Positions 11,245 through 21,605 of a DNA stretch of 64,000 bases are shown in pieces (position 1 is the stretch's first letter; every line of letters starts with the position of its first letter). The stretch lies in contig OZ242358.1 of NCBI GenBank assembly GCA_965208835.1, positions 3,008,001 through 3,072,000 of the forward strand, in the 5' to 3' direction. The stretch is from Candidatus Latescibacterota bacterium. Its GTDB lineage: Bacteria > Latescibacterota > UBA2968 > GCA-2709665. A program made the position numbers and the translations under genes. The notes below the pieces were generated by a model, which made no database searches, had not been told where the DNA came from, and saw only the letters and a list, made by a program, of their open reading frames with translations.

Positions 11245-11442
11245 AACCTGTTCGTGCCGTTATGTAAGCCCATGTCGGAAGCTAACAATCTATCTAAATC
11301 CGGCCAACCTGTCAAGCGCCGCCGGGCTATTCCATGTGCGCCTGCTTCCCCTCCGCCCGCCCTCTTCCAACACCTGCGGAAACAAAAACCGCCAGATTCC
11401 TTCCTGGCGGTTGCATTGGCCCTTTTCCCCGCAGGCAGACCC

Positions 11443-12189
11443 CTATCCGCAGTGGACGGCCCGGGCGAACTCACGGACCAGCGCCGGGTCCCGTTTTGCT
11501 TCCAGAATACTGCCGACCACAACAAAATCGGCGCCAGCGGCCACCTTCGCGCCGGCTTCCCGCGGTTCCCGGATGCCTCCCCCTGCAATCACGGGAATGG
11601 ACACATTTCCCGCAACCGACGCGATCATTTCGTCGGCAACCATCCGCTCGGCCCCGCTGCCCGCATCCAGATAGACGCATTGCATGCCAAGATACTGGGC
11701 GGCCAGTGCGTGCGCCGCCGCGATCTCCGGCTTGTCCCCGGGCATCGGTTTGGTATTGCTGATATACTCAACTGTCGTCTGCCTCCCGGAATCCACCAGC
11801 ATATACCCGGTGGAAATCGTCTCCAGACCGTATGCCTTGACAATAGGCGCCGCCTTGACCTGCTGGCCAATCAGCAGGTCCGGATTTCGCCCGCTGATCA
11901 TGCACAGAAAAAGAATCGCATCCGCCGCGGACGAGACCTGGTTCATGTCGGGACCGGGGAAAATCAGCAAGGGCAGTCCAACGGCGCGTTTGACGTCCCT
12001 GACCACGCGGTCGAAATCGGTGTAAAGCAGAAAACTGCCGCCCATCAGCAGAGCGTCGGCTCCATTTTCAGCGCACATCGCCGCCGTGTGAATCAGGTCC
12101 TGCTTGTCCATCCGGTCGGGATCCAGAAGGCACAGGAACCCCGCGCCCCGCTGTCTGACAATCGATTCAAGGTGGTCGTATGTCGACAT
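11443..12189 (-). CDS. Geranylgeranylglyceryl/heptaprenylglyceryl phosphate synthase (group II GGGPS-like)
   Basis: LLDPD, GGS, FPG, SGRNPDLLIGQQV, TGYMLVDSG, YLDAGSGA, GGGI motifs. Confidence 0.9.
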   Translation of the reverse strand: MSTYDHLESIVRQRGAGFLCLLDPDRMDKQDLIHTAAMCAENGADALLMGGSFLLYTDFDRVVRDVKRAVGLPLLIFPGPDMNQVSSAADAILFLCMISGRNPDLLIGQQVKAAPIVKAYGLETISTGYMLVDSGRQTTVEYISNTKPMPGDKPEIAAAHALAAQYLGMQCVYLDAGSGAERMVADEMIASVAGNVSIPVIAGGGIREPREAGAKVAAGADFVVVGSILEAKRDPALVREFARAVHCG

Positions 12190-12198
12190 GGATACGAT

Positions 12199-14820
12199 CT
12201 ACCCTCCCAACTGTAACCGGACGATTCGAGGGACCTGGCCAAGCGCGTCGGACATCTTTTCAGGATGCCTGCCGCCCGCCTGCGCAAGATGGGGGCGTCC
12301 GCCGCCGCCGCCACCCACCAGCTCAGCCACCGCCTTGACGATATTTCCCGCCGCCACGCCCCGCTGGATGAGGTCGTCCGTAACCACGGCGATCAGTGAG
12401 GCTTTTCCGTTCAGCGCGGCGCCCAGCACTCCCACGCCCGATCCCAGGGTTTCACGGAGCCGGTCGCCCATTTCCCGAAAGGCCTCCATGTCCGCCGGCT
12501 GCACAGCGGTAGCCACCACCCGAACCCCGTCCACGTCCACCGCGGCGCCCGCCAGGTCTCGCATCTGCTCCCCGGCCGATACGCTCCGAAGCGATTGTAC
12601 TGTACGCTCGAGTTCCTTGCTTCGGGAGATCAGACGATTGACGCGATCGGGCAGAGCACCGGCCTCCACGCTCAACATTTCCTCCAGTTCGGCAAGGGTG
12701 GACCTCTGTTTCCTGATGAGCGCCTCGACACCGGCCCCCGTGACCGCCTCCACACGCCGGACGCCGGCCGCGATTCCCGTCTCGGCCGTCAGCTCGAGCA
12801 TTCCGATCTGGCCCGTCGATCCAACGTGGGTACCTCCGCAGAGCTCGAGGCTGAAGTCTCCGATCCGCACCGTCCGCACGATATCCCCGTATTTTTCGGA
12901 AAACAGCATCCGGGCGCCCATGCGACGCGCCGCTTCGAGATCCACCATATCGGTATCCACGTCGAGGTCCCGGCGGATCTCCCGGTTTACGATACGTGCG
13001 ATCCTTTCCAGCTGTGCGGGCGTAACGGCTTCGAAGTGGTTGAAGTCGAACCGCAGCCGGTCCGGCGCGACCAGCGACCCGGCCTGATTCACATGGTTGC
13101 CGAGCACCTGTCGAAGGGCCTCGTGAAGCAGATGGGTAGCGGTGTGGTTTCGGGCGGTTTCCATCCGGCGCCCTGCGTCAACCCGCGCCTCCACGTGCAC
13201 GCCCTCCAGTGCGTCTGCGCAGCCCCGCGTCAGGCGCCCACGGTGTACGATGCCCTCGCCCGAGCGGAACGTCTCATCGACCGCCACCTCCAGATCCCCG
13301 TTTTGAATCACGCCCCGGTCGCCGACCTGCCCACCGGCTTCGGCGTAGAAAGGCGTCTCCCGAAGGTACACGTCCACCCTGCCATCCGCCGCCGCTTTGC
13401 AAGCCACGACGATCGTGTCGAGCGCCAGACGTTCGTATCCCACGAACTCGGAATGTTCCGACGGAAGGAAATCGTCGGTTACCGCCTCCTGCGACGCGAA
13501 GACTCGCCGGCCCGCCTCGCGCGACCGTTCCTGCTGGGCGGCCATCTCCGCTTCAAATCCGTCCAGGTCCACCTTCAGCCCGCGCTCCGCGCACATCAGC
13601 TGCGTGAGGTCGATTGGAAAACCGTAGGTGTCATACAGGCGAAAGGCGTCCCGTCCGGAGATTTGTCCATCCGCAGACACGACCTCGAACATCTCCAACC
13701 CCCGGTCGAGCGTCTTTCCGAACCCTTCTTCCTCAGACCGAATGACCCTGGAGATGTGATCGGCCTGTTCCGCCACCTCGGGAAACACGTCTCCCATGAC
13801 TTCCACGACAACGGGCACCAGCCCGTGAATGAACGGATCGTGCATCTCCAGCGTGCGCCCGTATCGCGCGGCCCGTCTCAAGATACGCCGCAGCACGTAC
13901 CCGCGCCCTTCGTTGGACGGCAGCACCCCGTCCGCGATCGCAAAACAGAGCGTGCGGATGTGGTCGGCGATGACCCGCATCGCGACCCGATGTTCATCGC
14001 TGCAGGGTTTTCCGGTCGCACCGCCGATCGCGCCGAGAATGGGCCGGAACAGATCGGTATCGTAAGTGGATTCCACCCCCTGGAGCACGGTACAGATGCG
14101 CTCGAACCCCATGCCGGTATCCACGTGTTTATCGGGCAGCGGATGCAGAACGCCTCCTGCATCCCTGTTGAACTGGATAAAGACCAGATTCCAGATTTCC
14201 ACCGTTTCGGGACCGTCGAGGTCCGGATCCTCGCGGAACCACGACGCGGGATCGTCCCCCAGGAAGTAGTGCACCTCGGAACACGGACCGCACGGACCGG
14301 TCTCGCCCATCTGCCAGAAATTGTCCGTCTTGTCCAGCCGAATCACCCGTTCCGCGGGAAGATCCGTCACCTCCGTCCAGAGCGCTTCCGCCTCCTCGTC
14401 CGCCGCCAGTCCGTCGGCGGCGTCACCGCCGAATACCGTGGCGCAGAGTCGGTCCCTGGGCAGCTGCCAGACCTCGGTCAACAATTCCCAGGCCCACGCG
14501 ATGGCCTCACGCTTGAAATAGTCTCCGAACGACCAGTTGCCCAGCATTTCGAAAAACGTATGGTGCTGCGCACTGAAGCCCACCTCTTCCAGGTCGTTGT
14601 GATGCCCCGATACGCGGATGCATTTCTGGGTATCCACGGCCCGGCGGTAATCCCGGCGGCCGGTGCCCAGAAACACGTCCTTGAACTGATTCATCCCCGC
14701 ATTCGTAAACAGCAGGGTGGCATCTTCCTGCGGCGCTACGGGCGCACCGGGCACGATCGTATGGCCCTTCCCTTCGAAGAAGCGAAGGTATTCCTCGCGG
14801 ATGTCGGCTGAAGTTTTCAT
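12199..14820 (-). CDS. alaS: Alanine--tRNA ligase
   Basis: LLFTNAGMNQFK, HHTFFEMLGNWSFGDYFK, NHTATHLLH, ELCGGTHV, GGGGGRP. Confidence 0.98.
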   Translation of the reverse strand: MKTSADIREEYLRFFEGKGHTIVPGAPVAPQEDATLLFTNAGMNQFKDVFLGTGRRDYRRAVDTQKCIRVSGHHNDLEEVGFSAQHHTFFEMLGNWSFGDYFKREAIAWAWELLTEVWQLPRDRLCATVFGGDAADGLAADEEAEALWTEVTDLPAERVIRLDKTDNFWQMGETGPCGPCSEVHYFLGDDPASWFREDPDLDGPETVEIWNLVFIQFNRDAGGVLHPLPDKHVDTGMGFERICTVLQGVESTYDTDLFRPILGAIGGATGKPCSDEHRVAMRVIADHIRTLCFAIADGVLPSNEGRGYVLRRILRRAARYGRTLEMHDPFIHGLVPVVVEVMGDVFPEVAEQADHISRVIRSEEEGFGKTLDRGLEMFEVVSADGQISGRDAFRLYDTYGFPIDLTQLMCAERGLKVDLDGFEAEMAAQQERSREAGRRVFASQEAVTDDFLPSEHSEFVGYERLALDTIVVACKAAADGRVDVYLRETPFYAEAGGQVGDRGVIQNGDLEVAVDETFRSGEGIVHRGRLTRGCADALEGVHVEARVDAGRRMETARNHTATHLLHEALRQVLGNHVNQAGSLVAPDRLRFDFNHFEAVTPAQLERIARIVNREIRRDLDVDTDMVDLEAARRMGARMLFSEKYGDIVRTVRIGDFSLELCGGTHVGSTGQIGMLELTAETGIAAGVRRVEAVTGAGVEALIRKQRSTLAELEEMLSVEAGALPDRVNRLISRSKELERTVQSLRSVSAGEQMRDLAGAAVDVDGVRVVATAVQPADMEAFREMGDRLRETLGSGVGVLGAALNGKASLIAVVTDDLIQRGVAAGNIVKAVAELVGGGGGGRPHLAQAGGRHPEKMSDALGQVPRIVRLQLGG

Positions 14821-14917
14821 GATTTGATATGTTGACAACAATGGTACGCGCGAATCGCGGCGCCCGGTTCCGTACCCGGGACCGCGCACGTTTGCGCCTC
14901 TTGCGGCCGCTCCCGGC

Positions 14918-15448
14918 TCACGAATCCGGTGCGCCGTCGTGTCCGCTCTCGCTGAATTCCATCCAGGCTCGCTCCGCTGCCGAATGCGCCACGGCCCCGA
15001 ACCCGCGTCGCCCAAGGAAACCGTACATGCGGGAGAGCGCTCTCCGCCTGTCGACGCCATCGTATTGCCGCCGGCGCGACCTCAGGAGATCCAGGGCGAC
15101 AACTTCGGGATCGACGCCCGTGAACACCTCATCCAGCACGTCCTCCGCCGTAGCTACGTCGATTCCCCTTTTTTTCAGGTCGTGAAAGAGCAACGCCCGG
15201 CCGGCGGGCCGGATTCGCATGCGTTCCTGAACAAAGCGAAGGGCGTAATCCCGATCGTCGACCAGCTTCAGCCGCCGCAACTCATCGAGGGTCTGCTCAA
15301 CTACGGACTCCCGAAATCCGCGCCGGCGAAGCCTTTCTCTCACTTGCGCGCACGAATACGCACGTGCGCTCAGGAGTCGAAATGCCGCGTTCTTCGCCCT
15401 TTCGGCGGAATTCCGGCAATCCGATTGCGAAAGGATATTCGGTTTCAT
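14918..15448 (-). CDS. recX: Regulatory protein RecX
   Basis: Directly downstream of recA; AFRLLSARAYS, LVDDRDYA, FLGRRGF. Confidence 0.88.
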   Translation of the reverse strand: MKPNILSQSDCRNSAERAKNAAFRLLSARAYSCAQVRERLRRRGFRESVVEQTLDELRRLKLVDDRDYALRFVQERMRIRPAGRALLFHDLKKRGIDVATAEDVLDEVFTGVDPEVVALDLLRSRRRQYDGVDRRRALSRMYGFLGRRGFGAVAHSAAERAWMEFSESGHDGAPDS

Positions 15449-15541
15449 CCGCGGCGCCTCGATGGGTGGAAAGTACAGCCGTCCGGCGTTCCGCTTGGCC
15501 CCGCACGGACGACTCCAACCGCGTACGCTGCCCGTTGTGCC

Positions 15542-16582
15542 TCAGGCGTTGCCGCCCGACTCCGCCGCGCCGTTATCCACCAGGCCCACGGCTTCGCGCA
15601 CCCGGGATTCGATCTCCCCCGCGAGTTCGGGTTGTTCCTTCAGATGGTTCTTGACGTTTTCCCGCCCCTGCCCCAGGCGATCGTTGCCATAGGAAAACCA
15701 GGTGCCACTTTTGCTGACAATACCGTGAAGTTCTGCGATATCCAGAAGACTGCCCTCTCTTGAGATGCCTTCTCCGAACATCAGATCGAACTCCGCCTCC
15801 TTGAACGGCGCGGCCATCTTGTTCTTGACCACCCGGACGCGGACGCGGTTGCCCGTAACTTCCTGACCCTCCTTTATGGCGCCGATTCGGCGGATGTCCA
15901 TCCGTACGGACGCATAAAATTTCAGCGCGTTTCCGCCCGAGGTCGTTTCCGGATTGCCGAACATGACACCTATTTTCATCCTGATCTGGTTGGTGAACAT
16001 CACGCACGTCTTGGACCTGCTGATCGACCCGGACAGCTTACGCAGCGCCTGTGACATCAACCGCGCCTGCAATCCCACGTGGGAATCGCCCATGTCTCCC
16101 TCGAGTTCCGCACGTGGCACAAGCGCCGCGACCGAGTCCACCACCACCACGTCGAACGCACCGCTGCGCACGAGCGTATCGGTGATTTCCAGGGCCTCTT
16201 CCCCAGTATCGGGCTGTGAAATCAGGAGGCTTTCAAGATTGACCCCGATCCGTTCCGCGAGTTCTACATTGAGCGCATGTTCCGCGTCGACAAACGCGCA
16301 CGTACCGCCGGTCTGTTGCGCTTCCGCGATAACGTGCAGGGTCAGTGTGGTTTTGCCCGATCCTTCCGGACCGTAAATCTCGACGACGCGGCCCCGCGGA
16401 ACCCCGCCCGCGCCGAGGGCGACGTCCAGCGCGAGCGCGCCGGTTGGTATCACTTCAACGGCCACCTGCCCTCCTTCTTCGCCGCCAAGCCGCATAATGG
16501 AACCCTGGCCGAACTGCTTCTCAATCTGCGAAATGGCCAGATCGATGGCCTTATCCTTGCCGGCGCCATTGGATTTTGCCAT
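15542..16582 (-). CDS. recA: Recombinase RecA
   Basis: [32 protein letters not shown]. Confidence 0.99.
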   Translation of the reverse strand: MAKSNGAGKDKAIDLAISQIEKQFGQGSIMRLGGEEGGQVAVEVIPTGALALDVALGAGGVPRGRVVEIYGPEGSGKTTLTLHVIAEAQQTGGTCAFVDAEHALNVELAERIGVNLESLLISQPDTGEEALEITDTLVRSGAFDVVVVDSVAALVPRAELEGDMGDSHVGLQARLMSQALRKLSGSISRSKTCVMFTNQIRMKIGVMFGNPETTSGGNALKFYASVRMDIRRIGAIKEGQEVTGNRVRVRVVKNKMAAPFKEAEFDLMFGEGISREGSLLDIAELHGIVSKSGTWFSYGNDRLGQGRENVKNHLKEQPELAGEIESRVREAVGLVDNGAAESGGNA

Positions 16583-16681
16583 TGCCTTGCCCCTCCTGCC
16601 TGAATTTGCCTGCTGGATCACGGCGCAGCCCGCGGCCATTGAGGAGCCCGATTCTCTGCGCCGCAACATGTGCGATCATCA

Positions 16682-16710
16682 AATATAGTGAACATTTGTG
16701 TAGGAATCAA
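16682..16710 (-). promoter_or_regulatory. recA promoter with candidate SOS box in the spacer
   Basis: TTGATT-N17-TATATT; spacer contains TACAC-AAAT-GTTCA; a second TTGACT-N17-TATATT at 16772-16800. Confidence 0.55.
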
Positions 16711-16852
16711 TACTGTATTCTGAGTGAGCTGCAGCAAGAACAACCAGGGCGGGCATGCAGATCGGAATTATAATATATCCGCAGTCCAACGGGAAGTCAA
16801 GCCCTGGCCGTTCGGGAAATGCCATTCCGGGACACCTTGCCCTTCGGGTTGA

Positions 16853-17422
16853 TCAGTCCGGCCCTCGCAGCCCTGAGAGACGCGCGTGGCCCAGCGCGTT
16901 GTACACGGCGCCTCCAGTCCGTAACTCACTGCTGTACAGTGATAAACGGTCCACTCTGAAGTGCGCGGGCCGGACGGCCCCCGTCAATCCGGAAGGCAAC
17001 CGCACCGACCTGTTTCTTGTACGGGCAAGCGTCAGATGCGGATGAAACCGTCGTCCTTCTCTCTCGAACCCGATCCTGAACATGGCGTCTTCCACGTCCG
17101 CCTGCAGCCTGTCCAGGATTGCGGTCTCCCCGCCCACGTCCAGCCAGACCACCCGCGCCCGACCCGGATTGGGCGCACCCACCCCGGCCGTATGCAACGC
17201 AATCGGCGGCGTCTGTCCCGCCACCGCCCGCATCGCCTTCAGAATGACAGGCACGCACGCGACTTCGACGTTACCCAGAAACTTGAGCGTGAGATGCATG
17301 CCCTCGGGCCGTACCCATCTCAGCCGCGCCTCGAGGTCCTCAAGGAATCGTCTGGCGGCCTGGACGGCCGGGATGACGGACGCGGGAGGTTCAATGGCCA
17401 CGAATGCGCGAAGCGTCGACAT
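16853..17422 (-). CDS. thpR: RNA 2',3'-cyclic phosphodiesterase
   Basis: Two HxT motifs (HLTLKFLG, PHLTLAR). Confidence 0.92.
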   Translation of the reverse strand: MSTLRAFVAIEPPASVIPAVQAARRFLEDLEARLRWVRPEGMHLTLKFLGNVEVACVPVILKAMRAVAGQTPPIALHTAGVGAPNPGRARVVWLDVGGETAILDRLQADVEDAMFRIGFEREGRRFHPHLTLARTRNRSVRLPSGLTGAVRPAHFRVDRLSLYSSELRTGGAVYNALGHARLSGLRGPD

Positions 17423-17570
17423 CAGGCGTCCCGTCCCGAGAGTTCGTCACCATTCATCCGTCGAATCATCCCGTCTCACGGCATTGCTTCTGAGGCCTGC
17501 ACCGAGCGGCCTGTCGAAGTGCCTTCACCCGGCGGCCGAATGTCGGCAAATTATCTGCCGGTACAGAACG

Positions 17571-18032
17571 CTAACCACTCCACAGGGACAGGCCCGCACG
17601 TATCAGAAGGTTTCCGTAAATCCCCGCGATCACGTCGTCCGTCACCACGCCCCACCCACGGGGCAGCTTCTCCGACGCGCGCACCGGCGGCGGCTTCAGG
17701 ATATCCAGTAAGCGGAAAATAAAAAATCCGGCAACCCCCAACCCCGGTGACAGCGGCAGGAAGGCTACCGTGACGTAAAACCCCACGAACTCGTCGATAA
17801 CAACCGGCCCGGGGTCCGGTCCCCAGGCCTTTTCACCCGCGGACGCTGTGTAGACAGCCACCCCGGAAATCACGATCAGAAACAGGATCCACGCAAGGAC
17901 TCCGAAACCCGGCGCATAGTAACTGGCCACCAGGTACGGAACCATCGCCGCTGCCGTGCCTGCCGTGCCCGGCGCAACCGGCACGTATCCGGAGAAAAAA
18001 CCGGTGGCAAGCAGCCGGGTCCACGGATTCAA
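17571..18032 (-). CDS. pgpA: Phosphatidylglycerophosphatase A
   Basis: APGTAGT, DPGPVVIDE, FRLLDILKP, GVVTDDVIAG; TTG start after AGGAG inferred. Confidence 0.9.
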   Translation of the reverse strand: MNPWTRLLATGFFSGYVPVAPGTAGTAAAMVPYLVASYYAPGFGVLAWILFLIVISGVAVYTASAGEKAWGPDPGPVVIDEFVGFYVTVAFLPLSPGLGVAGFFIFRLLDILKPPPVRASEKLPRGWGVVTDDVIAGIYGNLLIRAGLSLWSG

Positions 18033-18220
18033 GTCAGCGGCCTCCGGTCTCCTGCTCAGAAGCTGTTTTAGAATTACCAGTGAGTTCCCGAGCGCGAGCG
18101 AAAAAGCGGCGGTCAAGGCGGGAAAATCCGCCCATATTTGTCTATACGGGTGGGTTTGACCAACGCGGACCCGCGCTTTTGCAGCCGCGCGAAGACCGCT
18201 GGGAATTTTAAGACAGCTTC

Positions 18221-18871
18221 TCAGGCCGAGTCACGGCCGTGCTCCACCAGATAGAGGACGCCGGACACGACCGCCAGCAGGGTTACCGCCGCTACCAGGA
18301 CGTTCAGAACCATTTGCGAACCCGAATCCACAAGCACCAGGGGCTGGGAGGTCAGTTCAGCGGTGATCACGCGCACGTTGATGAACACAAGAATGCCGAA
18401 AGCAAGCACCAGTTGAAGCATGGTTTTCCACTTCGCCAGCCGGGAAGTGACCACCGGGCGTCCCTTGCGTATTGCGTACACGCGCAAAGACGTGATCACG
18501 GCATCCCGGATCAGCATGGCGCCCACGAGCCACGCCTCGACCATACCCAGGAGCACGAAGGAGATGAGGGCGGAAGAGACCAGCAACTTGTCGGCCAGCG
18601 GGTCCATGAACCGTCCAAGGCTGCTCACTGTTTTGTCGCGGCGCGCGAACCAGCCGTCGAAGAAGTCGGTCAGCGAGGCCACGGTGAAAACAAGCAGCGC
18701 CAGGATCTTGTTGAAACCGCTGTCCGAGAAAATCAGCGCCAGGAAGACCGGTGTGAGAACGATCCTCAGGCCGGTCAGGAAATTGGGAAACGTGACCATG
18801 CGGTCTGCGGGCTGAGGCTTGGGCAGCCGGATTCCCTGCGGACCGCCGCGGAGAGTGTCGGTACGGTTCAT
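18221..18871 (-). CDS. pgsA: CDP-diacylglycerol--glycerol-3-phosphate 3-phosphatidyltransferase
   Basis: PNFLTGLR, DFFDGWFAR...GRFMDPLADK. Confidence 0.9.
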   Translation of the reverse strand: MNRTDTLRGGPQGIRLPKPQPADRMVTFPNFLTGLRIVLTPVFLALIFSDSGFNKILALLVFTVASLTDFFDGWFARRDKTVSSLGRFMDPLADKLLVSSALISFVLLGMVEAWLVGAMLIRDAVITSLRVYAIRKGRPVVTSRLAKWKTMLQLVLAFGILVFINVRVITAELTSQPLVLVDSGSQMVLNVLVAAVTLLAVVSGVLYLVEHGRDSA

Positions 18872-19461
18872 AGTTCTCTGCGCCCATCCAGCGCACGGGA
18901 AAGCGTAACCTGATCGGCGAGGGCGAGGTCGCTGCCGACGGGAAGGCCCCTGGCGATCTGCGTTACGGTTACGTCGTGTGTTCCCAGGATCTGTGTGAGG
19001 TATTGCGCGGTCGCATCGCCCTCCACGGTGGGTCCGTTCGCCAGGATGACCTCCTGAATGCCACCGCCGTTCAGGCGTGCCACGAGGGATTGAATGTTCA
19101 GTTCCTCCGGCCCGATACCGTCCAGAGGGGAGATCCTTCCACCCAGAACATGATACAGCCCGCGATAGGCCTGCATGCGTTCCATTGCCAGCAGGTCGCC
19201 GACAAAATCCACCACCATCACCTGCGACCGGTCCCGCCGCTCATCCCGGCAAATCGGACATGGGTCGCTCTCCGACAGATTCGAACACGAGCCGCAGGCC
19301 CGGACCCGGGTCTTCACTTCCACCATCAGTTCGGCCAGCGCGCGCACGTCTTCGTTCTTCCAGGTCAGTACGTCCAGCGCGATTCGCCGCGCGGACTTTT
19401 CGCCGATGCCCGGCAGCCGCCCCAGCCCGGCGACCAGCCGATCGATGGCGTTGGAAGCCAT
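18868..19461 (-). CDS. recR: Recombination mediator RecR
   Basis: LPGIGEKSARR, C4 zinc finger, YHVLGGRISPLDGIGP. Confidence 0.96.
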   Translation of the reverse strand: MASNAIDRLVAGLGRLPGIGEKSARRIALDVLTWKNEDVRALAELMVEVKTRVRACGSCSNLSESDPCPICRDERRDRSQVMVVDFVGDLLAMERMQAYRGLYHVLGGRISPLDGIGPEELNIQSLVARLNGGGIQEVILANGPTVEGDATAQYLTQILGTHDVTVTQIARGLPVGSDLALADQVTLSRALDGRREL

Positions 19462-19495
19462 CCTGACTCTCCTCGAAAGCGGATACCCCGGGCTG

Positions 19496-19819
19496 CTAAA
19501 TCCCCAGGTTGACGCCCGGCGGCAACATGCCTGACGTCGCCTTCTGCATTTCACGGTCAGCCATCTCCTGCGCCCGCTCACGGGCCTGCTGAATGGCGGC
19601 CATGATCAGATCTTCCAGCATCTCCACGTCATCGGGGTCCACCACCTCCGGATCAATCCTGATACCCACAATCTGCTGTTGTCCGTTTGCCCGCGCCACC
19701 ACCATGCCTCCTCCTGACGATCCCTCGACTTCCTTCGACGCGAGTTCTTCCTGTACTTTCGCCAGCTTGGCCTGCAGCTTTTGAGCCTGCTTCATCATTC
19801 CCGCCATGCCCTTCGCCAT
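19496..19819 (-). CDS. ybaB: YbaB/EbfC nucleoid-associated protein
   Basis: MMKQAQKLQ, GSSGGGMV, DVEMLEDLI; dnaX-ybaB-recR synteny. Confidence 0.95.
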   Translation of the reverse strand: MAKGMAGMMKQAQKLQAKLAKVQEELASKEVEGSSGGGMVVARANGQQQIVGIRIDPEVVDPDDVEMLEDLIMAAIQQARERAQEMADREMQKATSGMLPPGVNLGI

Positions 19820-19839
19820 TGCGCCCTCCCCTGGTGGAG

Positions 19840-21531
19840 CTATCTTCCCACAACTTCTCCATCAAAGATTTCTATTGCCATCTGGACGCGTTCGTCGGCC
19901 GGAGCGCGGTCGTCCTGTGTCGCTGCGCTGTCTCCGGCCTCGTCCACTTTACACCGGACGCGCAGTGAAACGCCGAGGACTTCGGCCGTCGCTTCCTCCA
20001 GAAAGGCGCCGTTGCGTCTGACCTGCTCGGCGTAAAACGTCTTGTCTGCCGTGAAGACCAGGTCCAGACGGCTGTCCTTCAACGCCGCGGGTCTGCCCTC
20101 GGCCAGAAACGTCCCAAGGCCCAGTTTCCGCGCCCTTACATGCTCAACGAGATCCGGCCACCTTTCCTGTACGCCGTCGAACGTCAGGCTGCCGGCCGGG
20201 GGCGGTTCCTTCTCGCCTCGCGACTCGACGGGGGGCAATACGGGCGCATCGACAACAGGCTGATTCGCACCATCGGCGACGTCCGGCGGCGAAGTGGGAC
20301 CAGCAGGACGGGGAGGGGCCGCCGGGGCCGGTTCGGGGCTTGCGGCGACGGGTTGTTCGGGCTGCCGCGCGCCCGACGTCCTGCCTTTGCGCAGCAGGGC
20401 TTCCATCCGGTCCAGACGCGCCATGACCTCCGTGACGGACTCGGAGGGCGCCATCTTCACCAGTTTCAACACGGTCAGTTCCAGCCAGAACCGGGGATTT
20501 GAGACGCGACCCAACTTTGCTTCGAGATCGGAAACCGCCTGCAACATGCGCAGGAGATCTTCCTCATTGAATCGCGCGCCCGTCTCGGTGTATCGCACCT
20601 GATCGGCCTCGGGCAGATCGTCGCCCGCAAGGCCGTCCGATACGCGGGCCACGAGCAGGTGCCGGACATGCTCCAGCAGGCCCTGCGTGAATTCGCCGGC
20701 GTCGCCGCCGCCATCCAGCACAAGCCCCACCTTGCTCAGCGCCGTTGCCGTGTCTGACTCGAGAATGGCCTGCGTCAGATCGAAGAAGACGTCGGCGGGA
20801 ATAACGCCGAGCAGATCTCTTACGGCGTCGGCGGAAACAGGCCCGTCTGTAAACGCGATGGCCTGGTCGAGCAGATTCTCGGCGTCGCGCAGCGCGCCGT
20901 CGGCTTTCCGCGCCAGAAGAAACAGCGCCTCGTCTTCAGATGCGATCTCCTCCGCATCCAGGATCTTTCTGAGCTGGCCGACAGTGTCCTCGGTGGATAT
21001 CCGCCGGAAATTGTACCGCTGGCAGCGGGAGAGAATCGTTTCCGGCATCCGGTGCGGCTCTGTGGTGGCCAGGACGAACACCACGTGAGGCGGCGGCTCC
21101 TCGAGCGTCTTCAGGAGCGCGTTGAAGGCCTCCGCGGTGAGCATATGCACTTCGTCTATGATGTAGACCTTGCGCTTGCCCCTGGTTGCCGCAAATCCGA
21201 CTTCCTCCCTCAGCTGCCGGATTTCGTCGATTCCCCGATTCGACGCCCCGTCGATTTCCAGGACGTCCAGGCTCTTGTTGTCGGCAATCGCCGTGCAGAA
21301 TCCACAACTGCCGCACGGCTCGGGCGTGGGACCCTGTTCGCAGTTGAACGCCTTCGCCAGCAGCCGCGCCATCGTCGTCTTACCCGTTCCGCGGGGACCG
21401 CAAAACAGATACGCCTGAACAACGCGATCCGTTCGGATGGCATTCTGCAGCGTCTGAACGATGTGGTCCTGCGCGACCACATCCTGAAACACCTCGGGAC
21501 GCCATTTGCGGGCAATCACCCGATAGGCCAT
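19840..21531 (-). CDS. dnaX: DNA polymerase III subunit gamma/tau
   Basis: ARKWRP, GPRGTGKTT, EIDGASNRGID, NALLKTLEEPP. Confidence 0.97.
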   Translation of the reverse strand: MAYRVIARKWRPEVFQDVVAQDHIVQTLQNAIRTDRVVQAYLFCGPRGTGKTTMARLLAKAFNCEQGPTPEPCGSCGFCTAIADNKSLDVLEIDGASNRGIDEIRQLREEVGFAATRGKRKVYIIDEVHMLTAEAFNALLKTLEEPPPHVVFVLATTEPHRMPETILSRCQRYNFRRISTEDTVGQLRKILDAEEIASEDEALFLLARKADGALRDAENLLDQAIAFTDGPVSADAVRDLLGVIPADVFFDLTQAILESDTATALSKVGLVLDGGGDAGEFTQGLLEHVRHLLVARVSDGLAGDDLPEADQVRYTETGARFNEEDLLRMLQAVSDLEAKLGRVSNPRFWLELTVLKLVKMAPSESVTEVMARLDRMEALLRKGRTSGARQPEQPVAASPEPAPAAPPRPAGPTSPPDVADGANQPVVDAPVLPPVESRGEKEPPPAGSLTFDGVQERWPDLVEHVRARKLGLGTFLAEGRPAALKDSRLDLVFTADKTFYAEQVRRNGAFLEEATAEVLGVSLRVRCKVDEAGDSAATQDDRAPADERVQMAIEIFDGEVVGR

Positions 21532-21605
21532 AGGGGCTAAGCCTCTCACCCGTCCATCATGCACGCGCGAACTACGGAAACGACTTCCGGGAGGTACGTT
21601 GAAAA

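Noticed and set aside
10315-14811. Long + strand ORFs (633 aa and 738 aa) and many similar antisense ORFs across the window
   Set aside because: Shadows of ptsI, GGGPS, alaS and other genes caused by GC-rich codon bias; no recognisable motifs
19840-21531. dnaX programmed frameshift signal
   Set aside because: No A AAA AAG or long poly-A slippery site seen
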